NCBI GenBank assembly: GCA_945897725.1
Contig: CAMDFR010000007.1
Location: 22,022-86,021, forward strand
Reading direction: 5' to 3'
Length of the DNA: 64,000 nt
Source of the DNA: Chitinophaga pinensis
GTDB taxonomy: Bacteria > Bacteroidota > Bacteroidia > Chitinophagales > CAMDFR01
Positions 59,039 through 64,000 of this stretch are shown piece by piece. Positions within the stretch are counted from its first letter, which is position 1. The number at the start of each line of letters is the position of its first letter. The notes beneath the pieces are model-generated. The model was not told the origin of the DNA. It ran no database searches and worked only from the letters and a program-made list of their open reading frames with translations. The translations under genes and the position numbers were made by a program.

Positions 59039-59463
59039 TTTATTAATTTTATTATCATTTATTCTATTAATCCCTTACGTTTAAAATCGTACAAGGTTAC
59101 AAGAAATCACGTGTTTTTTTTATCTCAGTATGTAATGGCTTGTTTGATTAATTTTATTTATTATCAATTTTAAATATAGTAAAAAATAGGCTAATTGTTT
59201 TTTGCTTCATTTTCCTTATTTAATAAATTGTTAATCATTTTTATTTACATAAAAAATATGTTTAATGTTTTTTTGATTTAGGAAAGATGCAGTAGGTTAG
59301 CGTTCTTTTCTATTATTTTTCTTTCGCAAGTTTTTAAAGAAAAAAGCATCATTGACACAAGTTTTTTAGAAATCTTTAGGCTAAGCTTTATGCAGTTCTG
59401 ATTATCAATCTAAATGACATGTTTATGATGATGAATTTTGCTTGAGCTAGAGTAAAATCTAGA

Positions 59464-59497
59464 GCAAAAAAACCTCCATACTTGTCAGTATGGAGGT
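59464..59497 (-). terminator. Rho-independent terminator of the M16 peptidase gene.
   Basis: On the minus strand, CCTCCATAC-tgacaa-GTATGGAGG forms a 9-bp stem followed by T7. Confidence 0.8.
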
Positions 59498-59541
59498 TCT
59501 TCATTTTTTGTAGAAGTTTATAAAAGCTTCCTTGGGAAAAT

Positions 59542-62475
59542 TTAATATCCAAAAATATTTTGAAGAGAAAGATAGGAGACTTTACCTAGTTTAGAGAGGT
59601 CGCTTTCCTTGATTTTATTTTTATCTCCTAATACCGTATAAGTATAAGGTTTTGAACTATAGTTTGCCGCATGGAATTTTTTGATATCTTCAAAAGAGAA
59701 AGTATTTAAATTACTATAAACCTTTGATCTTACATCATAATCTACTCCAAGTTTCTGGGCTCTTAGGTAGGTAAAAAGTATATTCGTCTTCGTAATTCTT
59801 GAGGTTGAAATACTATTTGCTAGTGCTGTTTTGGCAGTCTCAAAAAGTTTTGGACTTTCTGGAAGCACATTCAGTAATTCATTCATAGCGATACAAGCAT
59901 CGTTAAATTTATCTGCTTGTGTCCCAACAAACGAAAAAGTAGTAAATGGATCTTCCTTTCTTCTTGGGGTTCTGAAAGTAGAAAAGGTTGAATATGCTAA
60001 TGCCTTACTCTCACGTATTGTTTGGAATACAATGGCGGACATTCCATTACCAAAATACTCATTAAAAAGATTTGCAATCGGCAACATGATTGGTTGGAAG
60101 TCACCCACTTTTCTTGTCCAAGTTATCTGAGCTTGTTTCATCCCATCATAATGCACAAAGAATAACTGATTCTCGTTGGTTGCTTGGTATGGATATTCTG
60201 TTGCTTTTGGATAAGGCAACATGCTACTTGGCACATGATGGTATTTGGATAAAGTCACAACCATATCATTGATACTTTGTGGACCATAATACAATACCTT
60301 GTGTTCGTACTTTGTGAGGTCGTGAATCATGCTCACCAAGTCAGCAGATTTAATCTTCAATAAATCAGCATTGCTGATAACATCATTGAATGGATTCTTT
60401 GGGCCATAAGTAGCGTATGACATCATACCTTCATAGCTAATTTTATTTTTATCCATTTTGTCGTCTGCTCTTTGTTTAATCATATCAGCTAACATACCTT
60501 TGATGGCTCCATCATCTGCTTTTGCATTGCTTAAAAGGCTCTCAAACAACTTTACTGCGGGCTCGAAGTTTTCTTGTAAACCACTTAAAGAGACAGAAAC
60601 TTGATCATTGCCACTGCTTACATCAAAATTGCATGCGAGCTTATAAAACTCTTTGCTGATGTCTTCTGCGCTCATTTTATCGGTACCCAGATATTGCAAG
60701 TACTCAATTGCCAAGGGCAATTTTTTATCATTGTTTTTACCCATATCAAACACATAGTTCAAATTGAACAATTGATTGTCGGTATTTTTTACTGCCAATA
60801 CTGTTGCCTCATTCATTTTTGATTTTTGAATATCAGCATCGAAGTTCAAAAACACTGGTTCAATAGGCGACACAGGCATTGCAATGATCCCTTTTAAGAA
60901 TTCAGATTGGTTTTCTCTGTTTACCTCTACTGGTGTAATAGGTGGCTTTTCTACTTTAACAACACTTTTATCTTCCCCTGTTTTTTTGTAGATACACACA
61001 TAATTATCCTTCAAATATTTGTTTGCAAAATCCATGATGTCTTTCTTCGTCAGGGTATTCATATACTCTGTGGTATTCAATACATCTGCCCAATCTGTTC
61101 CAGAAATAAATGAACCTAAGAGCGTATAAGCCCGTCCACCATTGCTTTCATTGGTTTCTATTAATAGTCGACGATAGTTACTTACCACTGCTTTGATGGT
61201 TGCTTCATCAAAATTTCCAGTTTTTAGATTATTGATTTGTTCCACCAATAATTTTCTTACCTCATCTAAGGATTGTCCTTCCTTTGCTTTACCATCGATA
61301 AACAAAACGCTATAATCTCTTAGTGACCATGCACCAGCACTACAACTCAATACTTTTTGTTTCAACACAAGGTTTAAGTCCATCAAACCTGCGGTTCCAT
61401 TACTTAAAATGCTACTCATCAAATCTAATAATTGTGCATCTTTCGTATTTGCTCCGGGGAATCGGAAGGCCATTTCTACAGATTCTGCATCAGGTCCTAC
61501 TACTGTTTTAATAATGGGTGCCGTAATAGGCGCTTCTGGTGTGAAGGTGTATTCCTTTACGGGTTTGGTTTGCATATAAGCAAAGTGTTCATCTATTTTT
61601 TTGATGGTTGCGTCAAAATCCAAATCACCAGAGATAATGATAGCCATGTTATTCGGAACATAATTCGCATTATAATAATCTTTGATGGCAATCAGCGATG
61701 GATTTTTTAAGTGTTCAATGGTTCCAATCGTGGTTTGTTTGCCGTAGTTATGATTGGTGAATAGGTTTGCAAACATCGTTTCAAAAACTTTGGTTTCATC
61801 TTCATCCATCCCAATATTTTTCTCTTCGTATACAGCTTCTAATTCTGTATGAAAAATACGCAATACAGGATTTCTAAATCTTTCAGCCTCTATGCTCAAC
61901 CATTTATCCAATTGATTGGTAGGTATATCATTCACATATACTGTTTGCTCAAATGATGTGAAGGCATTCGTGCCTTTTGCACCAATATTACTCATCATTT
62001 TGTCATACTCATTCGCGATAGAATACTTGGCAGCCAATCCGCTTACAGAATCGATTTGGTGATAGATAAATTGTCTTTTCTCAACATCAGTTGAATGATT
62101 GTACGTTTCATACAATCCTTCAATCTGATCGAGTAATGGTTTTTCCTTTTCCCAATCTTTGGTACCATACTTATCTGTACCTTTAAACAACATATGCTCC
62201 AAGTAGTGCGCCAAGCCTGTATGATCAGCAGGGTCGTTCTTGCTGCCTGCCTTGGTGGCGATAAGGGTTTGTAAGCGAGGTTCATTTTTATTTACCGATA
62301 GAATCACTGTTAAGCCATTCGCTAAAGTATAGTAGCGTGCTTGCATAGGATCATTCTCTACATATCTGTATTGATAAGCTCCGCTATTGGCTTGTTTCCA
62401 TTCATATTTTACTTGAGCATGTGCTAAAGAGGAAGAAATGAATAAAATGAGGGCGAGTAAAAACTTTTTGTGCAT
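59542..62475 (-). CDS. Secreted M16-family (pitrilysin/insulinase-like) zinc peptidase, two-unit form (977 aa).
   Basis: Signal peptide (LALILFISSSLAHAQ). Inverted zinc motif HYLEHMLFKGT (HxxEH). The length is consistent with tandem active and inactive M16 halves. Confidence 0.88.
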   Translation of the reverse strand: MHKKFLLALILFISSSLAHAQVKYEWKQANSGAYQYRYVENDPMQARYYTLANGLTVILSVNKNEPRLQTLIATKAGSKNDPADHTGLAHYLEHMLFKGTDKYGTKDWEKEKPLLDQIEGLYETYNHSTDVEKRQFIYHQIDSVSGLAAKYSIANEYDKMMSNIGAKGTNAFTSFEQTVYVNDIPTNQLDKWLSIEAERFRNPVLRIFHTELEAVYEEKNIGMDEDETKVFETMFANLFTNHNYGKQTTIGTIEHLKNPSLIAIKDYYNANYVPNNMAIIISGDLDFDATIKKIDEHFAYMQTKPVKEYTFTPEAPITAPIIKTVVGPDAESVEMAFRFPGANTKDAQLLDLMSSILSNGTAGLMDLNLVLKQKVLSCSAGAWSLRDYSVLFIDGKAKEGQSLDEVRKLLVEQINNLKTGNFDEATIKAVVSNYRRLLIETNESNGGRAYTLLGSFISGTDWADVLNTTEYMNTLTKKDIMDFANKYLKDNYVCIYKKTGEDKSVVKVEKPPITPVEVNRENQSEFLKGIIAMPVSPIEPVFLNFDADIQKSKMNEATVLAVKNTDNQLFNLNYVFDMGKNNDKKLPLAIEYLQYLGTDKMSAEDISKEFYKLACNFDVSSGNDQVSVSLSGLQENFEPAVKLFESLLSNAKADDGAIKGMLADMIKQRADDKMDKNKISYEGMMSYATYGPKNPFNDVISNADLLKIKSADLVSMIHDLTKYEHKVLYYGPQSINDMVVTLSKYHHVPSSMLPYPKATEYPYQATNENQLFFVHYDGMKQAQITWTRKVGDFQPIMLPIANLFNEYFGNGMSAIVFQTIRESKALAYSTFSTFRTPRRKEDPFTTFSFVGTQADKFNDACIAMNELLNVLPESPKLFETAKTALANSISTSRITKTNILFTYLRAQKLGVDYDVRSKVYSNLNTFSFEDIKKFHAANYSSKPYTYTVLGDKNKIKESDLSKLGKVSYLSLQNIFGY

Positions 62476-62490
62476 GTGATATTGATTTGA

Positions 62491-63306
62491 TTAATTAAGG
62501 TTTAAAATTATAACATCTTGACTGAGATAGGCAATTTTATAAGATTGTTCGCTGCCATTTTCAAAATTGAGGTGAATGGTTTTGAAGTCACCAAGTCTCC
62601 ATTTACCAATGTTGAAACCTTTTTCTGACGTATTTTCAATGAATCTGAGCTCTGTATTATAGGTAAAATCTGGATGAAAATTGCTCGTAAAATTGAAATT
62701 ATAATCTCTGTTATATTTTGTTAAGAGAATATAATCGCTATTAGATTTGCTAATATGTGCATACCAAAGTCCAACGATTTTCTTCGATAAAGAATCTGGA
62801 TTCACTATCTCAATTTTATTCAAGATTTCTGTTTTGATAGCAGTATCGTTTTTGAAAATAATATTTTTTTCGTGGATGCTATCTACAATAAAATACTCCC
62901 AATTGCTTGTTCTCTTTAGTCTGTAATATTGATGATAGTTAATACTTGTGGTTCTGAGCGTGATAGGAGACATGCTCTTTAGTGTATCGGTATAAAACGC
63001 TTTGGTGGCAACAAATACCAAGCCCTTGGTTATAATATTTCCCTTGCTATCATATTCAGTGAAGTAAAAATTTGTCGCATCTTTTGGAATAAACTCGCCA
63101 TGAATCAATTTTGTTTTGCTATAATACATCTTCACAGAAACCAAAGCGCCATTGTATCGATTGTAAATGATTTCTGACGTATCCTTTATTTGATACAAAC
63201 GACTATCATTAAAAAGCAAGTGTTTTTCGTACAGAGAAGCAGTGGCATTTTGTGCATGACTAAGTAGGCTAAACGCCAGCGCAAAGAAGAGAATTAAGTG
63301 CTTCAT
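62491..63306 (-). CDS. Secreted hypothetical protein (271 aa).
   Basis: Signal peptide (LILFFALAFSLLSHAQ). Tyr/Asn/Lys-rich with no recognised family. It is tightly packed between the M16 and sugar-kinase genes: a 15-nt gap to M16 and a 1-nt overlap upstream. Confidence 0.5.
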   Translation of the reverse strand: MKHLILFFALAFSLLSHAQNATASLYEKHLLFNDSRLYQIKDTSEIIYNRYNGALVSVKMYYSKTKLIHGEFIPKDATNFYFTEYDSKGNIITKGLVFVATKAFYTDTLKSMSPITLRTTSINYHQYYRLKRTSNWEYFIVDSIHEKNIIFKNDTAIKTEILNKIEIVNPDSLSKKIVGLWYAHISKSNSDYILLTKYNRDYNFNFTSNFHPDFTYNTELRFIENTSEKGFNIGKWRLGDFKTIHLNFENGSEQSYKIAYLSQDVIILNLN

Positions 63307-64000
63307 TATTTTTTTTCAAGATGATACTGAAGCAAGCCATCCAAAGGTCTTTGTATAACATTTCCAAAGTTGACCAGCTGTGATTCGCAAGCAGCTTTTA
63401 ATATTTCTTTGAAATGAAAGGCGATGGAGCCAATGAAGTGGGTAGGTACTTGTTCGTAATAAGGAAACCTGCTGATATGCTTATCAATGAATAGGACAAA
63501 GCCATCCATTAAAGTCTCTTGCACATAGGCTTCGTTTTTAAAAAGGGAGTATACTTTTGTAAATTGCGATAAGTACACATTTGCATTTGGTTTTTTATAG
63601 ATATTATCGAGTAGCTCATCTCTTGTAAGTCCCAGCTCTTCGGTCATATATTGCTCCATATTTTTTGGCAATAGATGATTGAGATAATCTCCAATCAATA
63701 CCTTTCCAAAATAGGCTCCACTTGCTTCGTCGCTGATGATAAATCCATTGCCACCAATTTGCTGAGTGATTGCTGTACCATCATAAAAACAGGAGTTACT
63801 CCCAGTGCCAAGAATATTTACGATGGCTGGTGTTCCTTTTTTTGCAACGGCATATACAGCGCCATCCAAATCATGCGATACCTCAATTGTTGCATGCTTA
63901 AAGAAGGCACCTAGGCCATTTCGGATGATCTGATTTCTGACTTCTGCAGAACAACTGGTCCCATAATAATGTATTTCCATGGGTGCATCTTTTTGCGCAC
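63306..64000 (-). CDS. BadF/BadG/BcrA/BcrD-type ATPase-family protein (N-acetylglucosamine-kinase-like). Partial: the N-terminus lies beyond the window edge.
   Basis: ILGTGSNSCFYDG and ISDEASGAYFGK match the sugar-kinase/ASKHA phosphate-2 and adenosine motifs. The reading frame stays open upstream of M 63980 to the window end. Confidence 0.6.
   Translation of the reverse strand, partial: AQKDAPMEIHYYGTSCSAEVRNQIIRNGLGAFFKHATIEVSHDLDGAVYAVAKKGTPAIVNILGTGSNSCFYDGTAITQQIGGNGFIISDEASGAYFGKVLIGDYLNHLLPKNMEQYMTEELGLTRDELLDNIYKKPNANVYLSQFTKVYSLFKNEAYVQETLMDGFVLFIDKHISRFPYYEQVPTHFIGSIAFHFKEILKAACESQLVNFGNVIQRPLDGLLQYHLEKK

Overview
This 64 kb window is an AT-rich (roughly 35-38% GC) chromosomal segment that most likely comes from a Bacteroidota genome. 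At least five proteins end in T9SS type-A C-terminal sorting domains, and one giant protein ends in a T9SS type-B (gliding-motility-associated) CTD. Conserved housekeeping genes are interleaved with accessory or secreted functions: groES-groEL, dnaE, a thiolase, an NRAMP transporter, CcmE/CcmF, Maf, an aldehyde dehydrogenase, a polyprenyl synthase, and M16 and M43 peptidases. I found no rRNA, tRNA, CRISPR arrays or obvious mobile elements. The observations most worth a second look are listed below.
(1) An APC-family amino-acid permease is fused in frame to a complete YciH/SUI1 translation-factor module.
(2) A homolog of protein-glutamine glutaminase (protein deamidase), with its Cys-His-Asp catalytic motifs intact, sits among T9SS cargo genes.
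(3) A 2738-aa T9SS type-B protein contains three nested repeat systems.
(4) A small family of GC-rich, inverted-repeat-bearing elements lies in three long intergenic regions. They share the core TGATAGCA(GCCGGCA) and could be sRNAs, MITEs or regulator sites.
(5) A C-terminal remnant of a VIT1/CCC1 iron-transporter gene lies next to a ChaN-NRAMP metal-uptake pair.
(6) A lipoprotein-YHYH-YwqK/MORN-SCO operon may be involved in copper handling.
(7) A Gly-zipper lipoprotein, a small membrane protein and a Gly-rich peptide form a trio at the window start.
Several intrinsic terminators are visible as hairpins followed by T-runs.
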